A stretch of 64,000 nucleotides of DNA from Acidobacteriota bacterium. GTDB lineage: Bacteria; Acidobacteriota; UBA6911; RPQK01; JADFOI01. The position numbers and the translations under genes were made by a program. The stretch spans positions 352,001 to 416,000 of the forward strand of contig OY760074.1 in assembly GCA_963663035.1 (NCBI GenBank), written 5' to 3'. Within the stretch, counting starts at the first letter, position 1, and every line of letters starts with the position of its first letter. Below, in pieces: positions 43,201 through 51,098 of this stretch. The notes beneath the pieces are model-generated. The model had not been told where the DNA came from and ran no database searches. It was given only the letters and a program-made list of their open reading frames with translations.

Positions 43201-43430
43201 TCCAGCTTCTTTTCCTTTAAGATTTCAAGCGCCCGCAAGGCATCGAACTGCATGAGGGCATACGGGGAGATAATGATGTCGTGTTCAGAATCGAGCTGGG
43301 TAAAGTAGTCCCGCTCACTCCTCGCAGTCTGACTTTCTACTTCAAACCCACCTCTCTCCAGTTCCTGTGTGATCGGGTCCAGGTCTTCTTCTTCGTTCCC
43401 CAACAAAAGAACACGGAGTGGAATCGACAT
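40221..43430 (-). CDS. REC-PASx4-GAF-HD-GYP cyclic-dinucleotide phosphodiesterase
   Basis: N-terminal receiver fold, four PAS/PAC units ending in DIT motifs, GAF, HDIGK and HHEKWDGSGYP. Confidence 0.92.
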   Translation of the reverse strand: MSIPLRVLLLGNEEEDLDPITQELERGGFEVESQTARSERDYFTQLDSEHDIIISPYALMQFDALRALEILKEKKLDIPFIVLGGKVGEELAVECLKQGAADFLLKARLNRLGQVVKRVVQESKVQREKKQSEASLEEGVARARNLLELCPVGIALLTQGEVTLINRVGAHFLGAASPKQVVKKSFADFAHPDTRKRLEERLQGAEEQPPGREAASKKRILLKERFVRLDGEEIDLELEAAPTTDNGNKALLLVLRDITGEERKKGVLPFHSKLLSQVPDAVVAVDNERNITYWNRSAEKMYDIVSDDALGMKLDEVYQKRWLNAEDEKASGEALAAKGFWRGRNTHILNSGKEIHVSSSVSRLQDKEGETTGLVSTIREITQQKQAEDKLKKERNFYSSVLRSAASLVLALDKEGRILLFNQACEELSGYSVNEVRNKHLWDFLLPPDEARSAQAFFKDLKSDQFPYTHEDNWVTKDATRRLVTWSETALKDEKGSVACVILTGVDITEHQEAEQADQESAEYFRSLVENSADALIILDQDGVMRFEGSSLEEMLGYKLGELEGKSLRELSHPDDVAVFSRAMEKLKKEPGATALMQLRLHNKADSWITVEGSSKNLSDPPVSGIVFTVRDITERKQVEEGRQRQIELLDVIHAIDVATSSGLDLQITAKVILEQLTSQLGVDAASVLLFNPDTHILKHFSGLGFRNIAIARSQVNIGEDVAGKAALERELIRIPDLRDSEEGSKRAELLADEGFVAYYAMPLVARGELKGVLEILNRSSLSPDPEWLDFLSTVAAQAAVAIDNADLIETLQRQNTGLGFAYDSTLEKVSYALDLREQLTTGHSHRVAEWTLQLGERVGMEGRDLVHVRHGALLHDIGKIRIPESILHKPGPLTEEEWKIMRQHPGYAFELMSEIPYLRAAVNIPHCHHEKWDGSGYPRGLKGREIPLAARVFAVVEAWDLLCSDRPYRKAWAPEEIREHLRSHSGIDFDPDIVEKFLELEKQGEFTPAALPESIPEEKTEEQAVQEERPVQDEKPIEEEPPIEEEKTVEEEEPKPRGQPPKPKTFLP

Positions 43431-43552
43431 CGTAATAGTCCCCTTTTTTTGGCCAATCGAGTATAACAGCATTGAAAACTTCTGGAGTACCAGCTATTCC
43501 CTGTGCTGCGTTACAATTCAACCTCTTCCAGTTATAATGCCTCTCTTTTAGT

Positions 43553-44335
43553 ATGAAAAATCGAGATCGGCTTGTCTTGTTGACCAACGACGATGGAGTC
43601 AGGGCGGAAGGACTCCTGGCAATGAAGAGAGAACTCTCTGGGTGGGGAAAGGTAGTCGTGGTGGCGCCTTCCGAGGAGCGCAGTGCCGTCAGTCAGGGGC
43701 TCACTATTCATTCTCCACTTCGGGTCTTTGAAGTCTCTAAGGACCACCACGCCTTGACAGGAACCCCTGCAGACTGCGTTATCTTCGCACTTCGAAAGAT
43801 GTTGCCGCGCCCTCCGGATCTGGTGGTGAGCGGAATCAATCATGGTCCCAATCTTGGTGATGATATTATCTATTCGGGTACGGTTGCGGGAGCCCGCGAA
43901 GCGGCCATTCACCAGATACCTGCTCTGGCTGCATCGGCGGTGAGCAACCGAGGTGACTCTTCCTTCTCTCAAGCAGCGGTGTTTGTGCGGCGTTTGATTG
44001 AAGAATTTTTCCCCTTTCCGACTGGGACTTTCTTGAATGTCAATATCCCCGAGGGGGATCCGGTGGCTTACCGCTTTACTCGACAGGGAAGTAAGGCGGC
44101 TGAGGGTGCGATTGAAGAGAAGAGAGACCCGCGCGGGCGGACGTATTACTGGATCGCCCGTGATGAAAGCGAGTGGATGATCGAAGCAGAAACCGATTAT
44201 GAGGCGATCCGTGCGGGGGAAGTCTCGGTGACACCCTTGCAGCGAGATCAGACCGACTACGGCTCCTTGGCAAGCTACAAAAAGCAGGGAGAAGAGATCC
44301 AGTTTGCCAGAGAGAACCGTGGTTCGGGGCACTAA
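43553..44335 (+). CDS. surE: 5'/3'-nucleotidase SurE
   Basis: LLTNDDG, GTPADCV, VVSGINHGPNLG, YSGTVAGA. Confidence 0.97.
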   Translation: MKNRDRLVLLTNDDGVRAEGLLAMKRELSGWGKVVVVAPSEERSAVSQGLTIHSPLRVFEVSKDHHALTGTPADCVIFALRKMLPRPPDLVVSGINHGPNLGDDIIYSGTVAGAREAAIHQIPALAASAVSNRGDSSFSQAAVFVRRLIEEFFPFPTGTFLNVNIPEGDPVAYRFTRQGSKAAEGAIEEKRDPRGRTYYWIARDESEWMIEAETDYEAIRAGEVSVTPLQRDQTDYGSLASYKKQGEEIQFARENRGSGH

Positions 44336-44384
44336 GCAGTAAAGTCCCAGCTGGAGATGGGTTGACCGATCACGAGGCGTTACA

Positions 44385-45008
44385 GTGGCATCTGAAGTAC
44401 CTGCTCGTTCTTTTGATCCGTTTCGCTGGCTGAGGAGGCTGTACGATTGGGTGGTCAGCCTATCTGAGCGGCCCAATGCAGTACCCTCACTGTTCGTGCT
44501 GGCCTTTGCTGAAGCTTCCTTCTTTCCCATCCCACCGGATATTCTGCTCATTGGTCTAGCCATTGGGGCTCCCAAACGGTCCCTGTGGTTTGCCACGATC
44601 TGCACCCTGGGATCGGCTCTGGGCGCCCTACTGGGATACCTTCTGGGACTGCAATTCTATGAACTGATCGGGCAGCAAATCGTCGAGTTCTATGCAGCAG
44701 GGGAACAATTTCAACGTGTCCAGGCCCTTTTCCAACAGTGGGATGTTCTGGCTATTGCCGTGGCTGGTTTTACTCCGATTCCCTTTAAAGTCTTTACCAT
44801 CTCAGCAGGAGTCTTCGAGCTCAATTTCATTACTTTTGCAGTGGCTGTGGTTTTGAGTCGGGGCGCACGGTTCTTCTTGTTGGGTGGATTGATCTGGCGA
44901 TTTGGGCCAAGCATACGGGATTTTGTGGACCGCTACTTTAATCTTCTGACCATCCTTTTTCTCATCCTTCTGGTGGGTGGATTCTTGATAATACAATATG
45001 TTGTTTAA
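44385..45008 (+). CDS. yqaA: YqaA/DedA (SNARE-associated) membrane protein
   Basis: [27 protein letters not shown]. Confidence 0.9.
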   Translation: MASEVPARSFDPFRWLRRLYDWVVSLSERPNAVPSLFVLAFAEASFFPIPPDILLIGLAIGAPKRSLWFATICTLGSALGALLGYLLGLQFYELIGQQIVEFYAAGEQFQRVQALFQQWDVLAIAVAGFTPIPFKVFTISAGVFELNFITFAVAVVLSRGARFFLLGGLIWRFGPSIRDFVDRYFNLLTILFLILLVGGFLIIQYVV

Positions 45009-45057
45009 CTCGCTGTTATACAATGGGTCGGGTTGAGAAACCCGGCATGAAATCAAT

Positions 45058-45134
<77 letters not shown>

Positions 45135-45143
45135 CCCGCTTAT

Positions 45144-46890
45144 GGTGCATTCCGGACACATAGGTTACAGTTTATTCCGAAGACATAGGTAACACCTTTG
45201 CACCAAAAGGGTTATTTATAGGTTCAAACCTTCTACTGTCTTCGTCAAAGTAACCGAGGTCGTATTCCATAAACGACACCAGCCAAATTTTCTCTTTGAC
45301 CTCTTTGATTCCAACATCTTGACCAGCAAACACCGTGCTGAAGTTGATCTTTTGACTTTTCATACAGATTCTGCCGCAGCTGGTGACGGTCACGGTGCGA
45401 TCGTGCATGGGGTACTCGACGCGCCCGATTCCTCGGTAGGGACAAGATGCGGGAGTATAGACCTCGGACGGAAACTTCATGCCCAGGGCCTCATGAGGTC
45501 TCTCAGTATTGTATTCCGCCTGAAAGGCATTAAACCTCTCTTGCTGCTGAAGAAGGTTGTGGGCAGCGGGAACGACTGTGGCCTTCTTGAGGGTGAGATG
45601 AAGGCGCTCATGCCTTCCGTTCTGCTCGGGATGGCCGGGCTTGATCCTCTCGATTCGGATTCCTAGCCGCAATTATTCATAAGTTTGGGGTAGCCTAGTT
45701 CAGGGCTGAGAGTGTGTTCACGATTACAGGCGACTTGTTGAGCCAGTCGAGCCCCTGAGCTCGGCCCCAAACAATCCGTTGGGACACAGACGGGGTGATG
45801 CAAAAGGGCACAGATCCGAGAAGTTCCCGAACCCGGGCACCGGTGAGTCCGTGCTGTTGATCCGGCGGCGGAGCGTCTCAATCTCCAGGTTGTGCCAGGG
45901 AGTCCCGCACAGGTAATCCCGCAGGCGCAGGATTAAGACATAGGCCAGGGCGTGGATGAAGAGTCGGAACTGGTTGGCCAGGAAACGGTGGCAGCTCAAG
46001 CGATCCATGGCCAGATCTTTTTTGAAAGCTTTCACGAAGTTCTCGCACTGGCCCCGTCCGATGTAGTGGTCATACAGCTGCCCGGCCGTGAGATCCTGGC
46101 GGTTGGTGACCACAAAGCGACGGTTGAACCCGCGCTCGCTCACTTCCACCTTGGCCACCATGCGCCGCTCCCGGTCCCAACTGTCGGCCGTGCGGATCGC
46201 TTCCGGCAAACCTAACTCTTGAAAGGTTCTCTCGAATACGGGGAAAGCACCTCTTTCCTTAACACTGTCGAGAGCCTCGATGGCGAGCAGATAACGGCTG
46301 GCGTGATCGCTCACGGTGAGAGGATAACAGTACCGTTTGTCTCCCAGCATGAACTCTCCTTTGAAGTCGGCAGACCAAAGGTCATTGGGATTCTGGCTGC
46401 TGGACAATCGAGTCCCCTCTGCCTTGAACCGTCGCCGTTTTCTACAGTTCACCAGGCCGTTGCGATCCAGAACCGCGTGAACTGTGCTCACCGCAGGCGG
46501 CCGTACATTCGGAAACCTACGAATCAGGAGCGCCCGAATCTTGGGAGCTCCCCAATACGGCTTCTCTCGCTTTAGCCTGACCAGGGTCCGTTCCACCTGT
46601 TCGGGCAGTTGGTTTCCGTAACGATGCGGCTTGCGGCTCCGATCCACCAGGGCGTAAGCGCCGGTGTTTTGATAGCGGTTCCAAATCTTGTAGCCCGTCT
46701 TTCTGGATATCCCAAACTCCTCACACAGACGGCTCATGGACTCCCCATCCAACAGCTTCGCTATAAATCTCATTCTCTCGTCCATCACACAGATCTCCTT
46801 CCATGGCATCTCTGGGCACCTCCCAGAAGAAGCCTATAAGTGTTACCCATGTGTCCGGTATAATTTGTTACCCATCTTTCGGAATGGGCA
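45144..46890 (-). mobile_element. IS481-family element, copy 2, interrupted by partial IS1380 sequence
   Basis: Matches copy 1 outside 45667-46187. 3-bp TSD TAT (45141-45143 / 46891-46893). Confidence 0.92.
45667..46187 (-). mobile_element. Partial/mosaic IS1380 inserted at CTAG inside IS481
   Basis: Starts with IS1380 IR CCGCAATTATTCATA after CTAG (45663-45666). About 45690-45860 interleaves IS481 and IS1380 pieces; about 45862-46187 is clean IS1380. Confidence 0.8.
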
Positions 46891-46897
46891 TATCGGT

Positions 46898-47167
46898 ATG
46901 GTTGCTCGTCATTACATTGTGAAGGGTCGGGTGCAGGGAGTGGGTTTTCGCTACTTCACTCACCGCCTTGCAGTGGAACTGGATCTCAAGGGTTGGGTGA
47001 AAAATCTCGGAAATGGAGCAGTGGAGGTCCATGGGGAAGGTGACGAGAATCCACTGGAGCACTTCTTGAGCAAAATCAAAAGGGGGCCGTCTTTGGCCTC
47101 GGTCCAGGACGTTGAGACTGGGGAAGTGGAACCGGAAGGATACCAGGGTTTTTCAATTGAAAGGTGA
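46898..47167 (+). CDS. acyP: Acylphosphatase
   Basis: GRVQGVGFR, GWVKN, GPSLA. Confidence 0.95.
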   Translation: MVARHYIVKGRVQGVGFRYFTHRLAVELDLKGWVKNLGNGAVEVHGEGDENPLEHFLSKIKRGPSLASVQDVETGEVEPEGYQGFSIER

Positions 47168-47170
47168 GCT

Positions 47171-47686
47171 ATGGAAGACTTGAAGAAGAAGATCCGCGAG
47201 GTTCCTGACTTCCCAAAGCCGGGAATTCTCTTTTACGACCTCACCACTCTTTTAAAAGAGAAGGAAGGTCTTCGAAAGGTTATCGACCTCCTGACCCAGG
47301 AATACGAAGGCAAGAAGATAGATAAAGTGGTGGGAATTGAATCCCGGGGGTTCATTTTTGCGCCTGCTCTCGCTTACAACTTGAATGCGGGGTTGGTACT
47401 TGTCCGAAAGAAAGGCAAACTTCCTGCGGAATCGATCAGTGCTTCTTATGATCTCGAGTACGGTCAGGATGTTCTTGAAATGCACAAGGACTCTATTGAG
47501 CCGGGTCAGCGAGTGTTGATCGTTGATGATCTCATTGCTACCGGCGGCACTGCGGCAGCAACCGCGCAAATGGTCCTTCAGTTGGAAGGGGAGGTTGCCG
47601 GTCTGGCTTTTATTGTTGAGCTGGGATTCCTCAACGGTCGAGAAAAGCTGATTGGCTTCGATGTGTTCTCGATCCTGACCTATTAG
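47171..47686 (+). CDS. apt: Adenine phosphoribosyltransferase
   Basis: [34 protein letters not shown]. Confidence 0.97.
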   Translation: MEDLKKKIREVPDFPKPGILFYDLTTLLKEKEGLRKVIDLLTQEYEGKKIDKVVGIESRGFIFAPALAYNLNAGLVLVRKKGKLPAESISASYDLEYGQDVLEMHKDSIEPGQRVLIVDDLIATGGTAAATAQMVLQLEGEVAGLAFIVELGFLNGREKLIGFDVFSILTY

Positions 47687-48049
47687 CGCGGGTGTCCAGA
47701 AAGGCCAAGCTCTTCGTTCTCCGCGCCCTTCGATCCTCGACGTAGCTTAGTACTCACTTTCACAAATACGATAGCGTTTGTTGGGAGCGCGACGGAGCCC
47801 AAATCGAGGAGGAGCAACAAAGAGATGGGCCCGTCCCGCCCCAACCCTTCGGGCGGATGGGGGTTGCGGGCGATCTCTTTGTCACTCGTCGTCGTCGATG
47901 TCCCTGACATCGCCTCCTCCTCCCTTCGCGACCTCGCCTCGCAAGCCCCATCCGCAAACGTTACCGTATTTATGAAAGGGAGTACTTAGGCTACGCTTGC
48001 GGTCGAAGGACTTGTGCGGCCTCGATCTTGACCTGCCTGAACACCCGCG
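47687..48049. mobile_element. Structured MITE-like element (outer), carrying a nested insertion
   Basis: TIR CGCGGGTGTCCAG / CTGAACACCCGCG. Fills the gap between convergent stop codons. Central hairpin CGTAGC-TTAG-GCTACG is split by the inner element. Confidence 0.75.
47751..47984. mobile_element. Nested MITE (inner, 234 bp)
   Basis: 20-bp TIR TACTCACTTTCACAAATACG / CGTATTTATGAAAGGGAGTA (2 mismatches). 5-bp TSD CTTAG (47746-47750 / 47985-47989). Confidence 0.85.
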
Positions 48050-48050
48050 G

Positions 48051-48803
48051 TCAGTTGTTCTCCGCCTCGAGTTGCTCGAGGTGAATTCGAGCCTCCTGCA
48101 AGTACACACTGGTCGGATACTCGGTGGTTAATCTCTGGTAAAAAACCACAGCCTCCTGAGCATTACCCGCTGCCTCATGGTTCTGGGCGAGTTGTAGGAG
48201 TATCGTGTCCTTTGGGAAGAAGCCGGTCGATTCCAGAAGTATTTCCTCCAGCAAGGCTGTCGCTCGCTGCCGGTCGTCGTTCGATTGTGCAAGTCGGACC
48301 AGGAGCTGTCGAGCCAGGTTTTTGATCTGGGGCTGAGATGAATTCTCCATCACGAAAGTCAAGTCCCCCTCAGCCTGTTCCGCCTGGCCCATTTCTTGTT
48401 TGATCAGAGCCATGTAATAGCGTGCCAGGAGACCAAGGTCAGTGTTGGCGTGATCTTCCGCGATGGTCCTGAAGTGTGCCAGGGCTTCCACTCGACGTTC
48501 TTGATCAAATTGAAACTGAAATGTGGAGGGAATGGGTTGATCCTCGCTTACCCCTGTCGTCTCCTCGCTGACGGGAGCGTGGTAGATTTCCAGGGCCTCA
48601 GCAAATTGGGCTTGAAGCTCCTCAGAGCGACTCCCTTGGTAGTTCTGCCAGAAATAGGCTCCCAGGACAGAAAGCAAGAAAATCCCGAAGAAAGTGGCCA
48701 GTACAATGCTGTTCTTAGCAGCCCACCCCAAAATGCCAGTGAGAATGGCCTGAACCTTGTCTTCCTGGACAATCTCTTTCCGAGTCAATCGTTTCGCAGC
48801 CAC
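48051..48803 (-). CDS. Membrane-anchored TPR protein (YfgM-like)
   Basis: KRLTRKEI...D N-terminus, one TM, TPR helices, EYPTS. Confidence 0.8.
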   Translation of the reverse strand: MAAKRLTRKEIVQEDKVQAILTGILGWAAKNSIVLATFFGIFLLSVLGAYFWQNYQGSRSEELQAQFAEALEIYHAPVSEETTGVSEDQPIPSTFQFQFDQERRVEALAHFRTIAEDHANTDLGLLARYYMALIKQEMGQAEQAEGDLTFVMENSSQPQIKNLARQLLVRLAQSNDDRQRATALLEEILLESTGFFPKDTILLQLAQNHEAAGNAQEAVVFYQRLTTEYPTSVYLQEARIHLEQLEAENN

Positions 48804-48835
48804 GGAGATTCCTTTCTGTGCTCGTCAAAATCAAG

Positions 48836-48908
48836 TGCGCCTGGCAGGACTCGAACCTGCGGCGCAGGGGTTAGGAACCCCTTGCTCTATCCTCTGAGCT
48901 ACAGGCGC
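48836..48908 (-). tRNA. tRNA-Arg (CCT), CCA not encoded
   Basis: GCGCCTG acceptor stem, anticodon arm AGGGG-TTCCTAA-CCCCT, GGTTCGAGTCC. Confidence 0.95.
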
Positions 48909-48997
48909 ACGAACGGGGTAAGTGTAGCAAAACAAACGTGCTGGTGCCAGGGGTTCTGCCCTTAGAGCGACAGAGCCCTCGTCCTGGAAAAAAACAC

Positions 48998-49026
48998 TTG
49001 GCACTCACCGCTCTTTGGGCTATATT
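48998..49026 (+). promoter_or_regulatory. Sigma70-type promoter for leader peptide and ABC exporter
   Basis: TTGGCA-17 bp-TATATT with an A-tract upstream. Confidence 0.65.
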
Positions 49027-49065
49027 TCTCTTCTGGCTCGAAACTGGTCTTTGGAAGGAGATCTT

Positions 49066-49128
49066 ATGCGCACCTGGATGAACGTTATCGACGCCGCGCC
49101 GCTTGGCGTGGCCGGAGCGGGTGCGTAG
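49066..49128 (+). CDS. Putative 20-aa leader peptide MRTWMNVIDAAPLGVAGAGA
   Basis: Strong RBS GAAGGAG, short ORF followed directly by mutually exclusive hairpins. Confidence 0.65.
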   Translation: MRTWMNVIDAAPLGVAGAGA

Positions 49129-49208
49129 GACGCTCGGTTAGAGCGTCTCGAGACCCGCTCAGCGCGAGCGGGTCGAGTCCTTCCTCTTCGGTCTCTTTTA
49201 CCCCGCTC
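49114..49208 (+). promoter_or_regulatory. Attenuator-like alternative RNA structures
   Basis: Hairpins GACGCTC/GAGCGTC (49129-49147) and GACCCGCTC/GAGCGGGTC (49152-49174), then a pyrimidine tract. Competing GAGCGGGT in the leader and CCCGCTC at about 49202. Confidence 0.6.
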
Positions 49209-49241
49209 GTTCTTTGGTGGTCCGTGATGTGAGGGTAGGAG

Positions 49242-51098
49242 ATGACTTCGAAGTATCGACTGATCTGGGAGCTGATGGGTGGCCAGCGCCTCCGCTACGG
49301 AGCGGCCATCCTGTCCCTCGCGATCGGTTCCGCCTTTCTCTACCTGGTGCTCCTCGTTCCCCAGGCCACTCTCGACGTGGTGCTCTCGTCGAAGCCCGAG
49401 CAGGCATCGCCCCTCATCCGAGGGGTGGTGGATCGCCTCGGCGGTGCGGACTTCCTACGCGCGAATCTCTGGCTGGCCCTGGTCGGCATGGTGACCCTCA
49501 CGGCCATTGCCGGTTTCTTCACCTATCTCCGCGGCCGCTGGTCCGCCACCGCGAGCGAGGAGATCGTGAGAAAGCTTCGCGATCGGCTTTACGATCAGCT
49601 CCAGCATCTGCCCTGCCGCTTCCACGACCGGGCCGAGACCGGCGATCTCGTCCAGCGCTGTACATCGGATGTGGAGACCTTCCGCCGCTTTCTGGCCACC
49701 CAGATCGTGGAGATCGGGCGCGCCATCATCATGCTGGCGGCCCCAATCCCGCTCATGATCGCTCTCGACATCCGCATGACGCTCGTCTCGCTCCTCTTGG
49801 TGCCGGGAATCGTGATCTACTCCATCGTCTTCTTCCGGCGGGTGCGGTCCTCCTTCAAGAAGGTGGATGAGGCGGAAGGGCGCCTGACCAGCACCTTGCA
49901 AGAGAATCTCACCGGCATCCGCGTGGTCCGCGCCTTTCACCGCCAGGAGCACGAAAAGGAGAAGTTCGACGGGATCAACGGCCGCCACCGCCTTCTCGAC
50001 TACCGTCTCTATCAGCTGATGGCGTGGTACTGGTCGGTCTCTGACTTCTTCAGCTTGGGTCAAAAGGCCCTGGTGGTCGGGGTAGGGGGATACTGGCTCC
50101 TGGAGGGAACGCTACCCGTCGGCACCTTCTACTTCTTCCTTGCCGCGGTGACGATGTTCATCTGGCCGATTCGCATGATGGGTCGAGTCCTCACCGAGCT
50201 TGGCAAGGCTCTGGTGGCCATCGATCGCATCGGGATGATCCTGGAGCACCCTCGGGAAAGCGCGTCGGCGGTGCGGCCGGTCGGGTCTCTTCCCATCTCC
50301 CGGGGGGCGATCTCTTTCGATTGCGTCTCTTTCACCTATGGTGGCGCGGACCGCGTTCTCGATGAGATCTCCTTCGAGATCGAGGGGGGGACCACCTTGG
50401 CCCTCCTTGGTCCCTCGGGTTCCGGGAAGTCGACCATCGCGAACCTGCTCCTCCGATTCTACGATCCTCAAGAGGGAACGATCGCCATCGATGGACACGA
50501 CCTGGCCGGCCTGGAGCTGAGAGAAGCTCGGCAAAAAATCTCCTCGGTAATGCAGGAGCCCTTCCTCTACTCGAAGACGCTGCGGGACAACATCCGTCTC
50601 GGCCGTTCGAGCGCGCGGGAAGGGGAGATCCACGAGGCGGCCACGGTCGCCGCCGTGCACGACACGATCCTGGAGTTCGAGAAGGGCTACGACACCCAGG
50701 TTGGGGAACGGGGTGTGACTCTCTCCGGGGGGCAGCGGCAGCGGGTGGCTCTCGCCCGCGCGCTCGTCGACGACCCGACGATCCTCATCCTCGACGACGC
50801 CCTGAGCGCCGTCGACACCGAGACGGAATCGTTGATTCTCGAGGCCCTCCGTCGGCGCAAGGGACGACAGACCACGGTGGTGATCGCCCATCGCCTCTCA
50901 ACCCTTCGCCACGCGGACAAGACCATCGTCCTGGAGGGCGGACGGATCATCCAGGAGGGCACCCACCGATCTCTCCTCGCCGAGGAGGGGATGTACCGGC
51001 GCATCTGGAACCTCCAGACCGCGCTGGAGAAGGGAAGCCTGAAGAACCTCGAGAGCGTGGTCGAGGCCATTCCGGAACAAGGACAGAACGATGAGTGA
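49242..51098 (+). CDS. Heterodimeric ABC exporter subunit 1 (TMD+NBD, MdlA-like)
   Basis: GPSGSGKS, LSGGQRQR, degenerate Walker B LILDD. Confidence 0.95.
   Translation: MTSKYRLIWELMGGQRLRYGAAILSLAIGSAFLYLVLLVPQATLDVVLSSKPEQASPLIRGVVDRLGGADFLRANLWLALVGMVTLTAIAGFFTYLRGRWSATASEEIVRKLRDRLYDQLQHLPCRFHDRAETGDLVQRCTSDVETFRRFLATQIVEIGRAIIMLAAPIPLMIALDIRMTLVSLLLVPGIVIYSIVFFRRVRSSFKKVDEAEGRLTSTLQENLTGIRVVRAFHRQEHEKEKFDGINGRHRLLDYRLYQLMAWYWSVSDFFSLGQKALVVGVGGYWLLEGTLPVGTFYFFLAAVTMFIWPIRMMGRVLTELGKALVAIDRIGMILEHPRESASAVRPVGSLPISRGAISFDCVSFTYGGADRVLDEISFEIEGGTTLALLGPSGSGKSTIANLLLRFYDPQEGTIAIDGHDLAGLELREARQKISSVMQEPFLYSKTLRDNIRLGRSSAREGEIHEAATVAAVHDTILEFEKGYDTQVGERGVTLSGGQRQRVALARALVDDPTILILDDALSAVDTETESLILEALRRRKGRQTTVVIAHRLSTLRHADKTIVLEGGRIIQEGTHRSLLAEEGMYRRIWNLQTALEKGSLKNLESVVEAIPEQGQNDE

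Noticed and set aside
43532-44605. 357-aa antisense ORF over surE, and the many similar shadow ORFs in the track
   Set aside because: They lie opposite or out of frame with well-supported genes and have no recognisable motifs, as expected at this GC content.
45724-46809. 361-aa IS481/IS1380 fusion transposase
   Set aside because: It spans a scrambled junction most simply explained as an assembly consensus artefact and lacks a complete catalytic triad of either enzyme.
48998-49024. CIRCE (HrcA) element suggested by TTGGCACTC
   Set aside because: The right arm GAGTGCTAA is absent. The sequence fits a plain -35 box.
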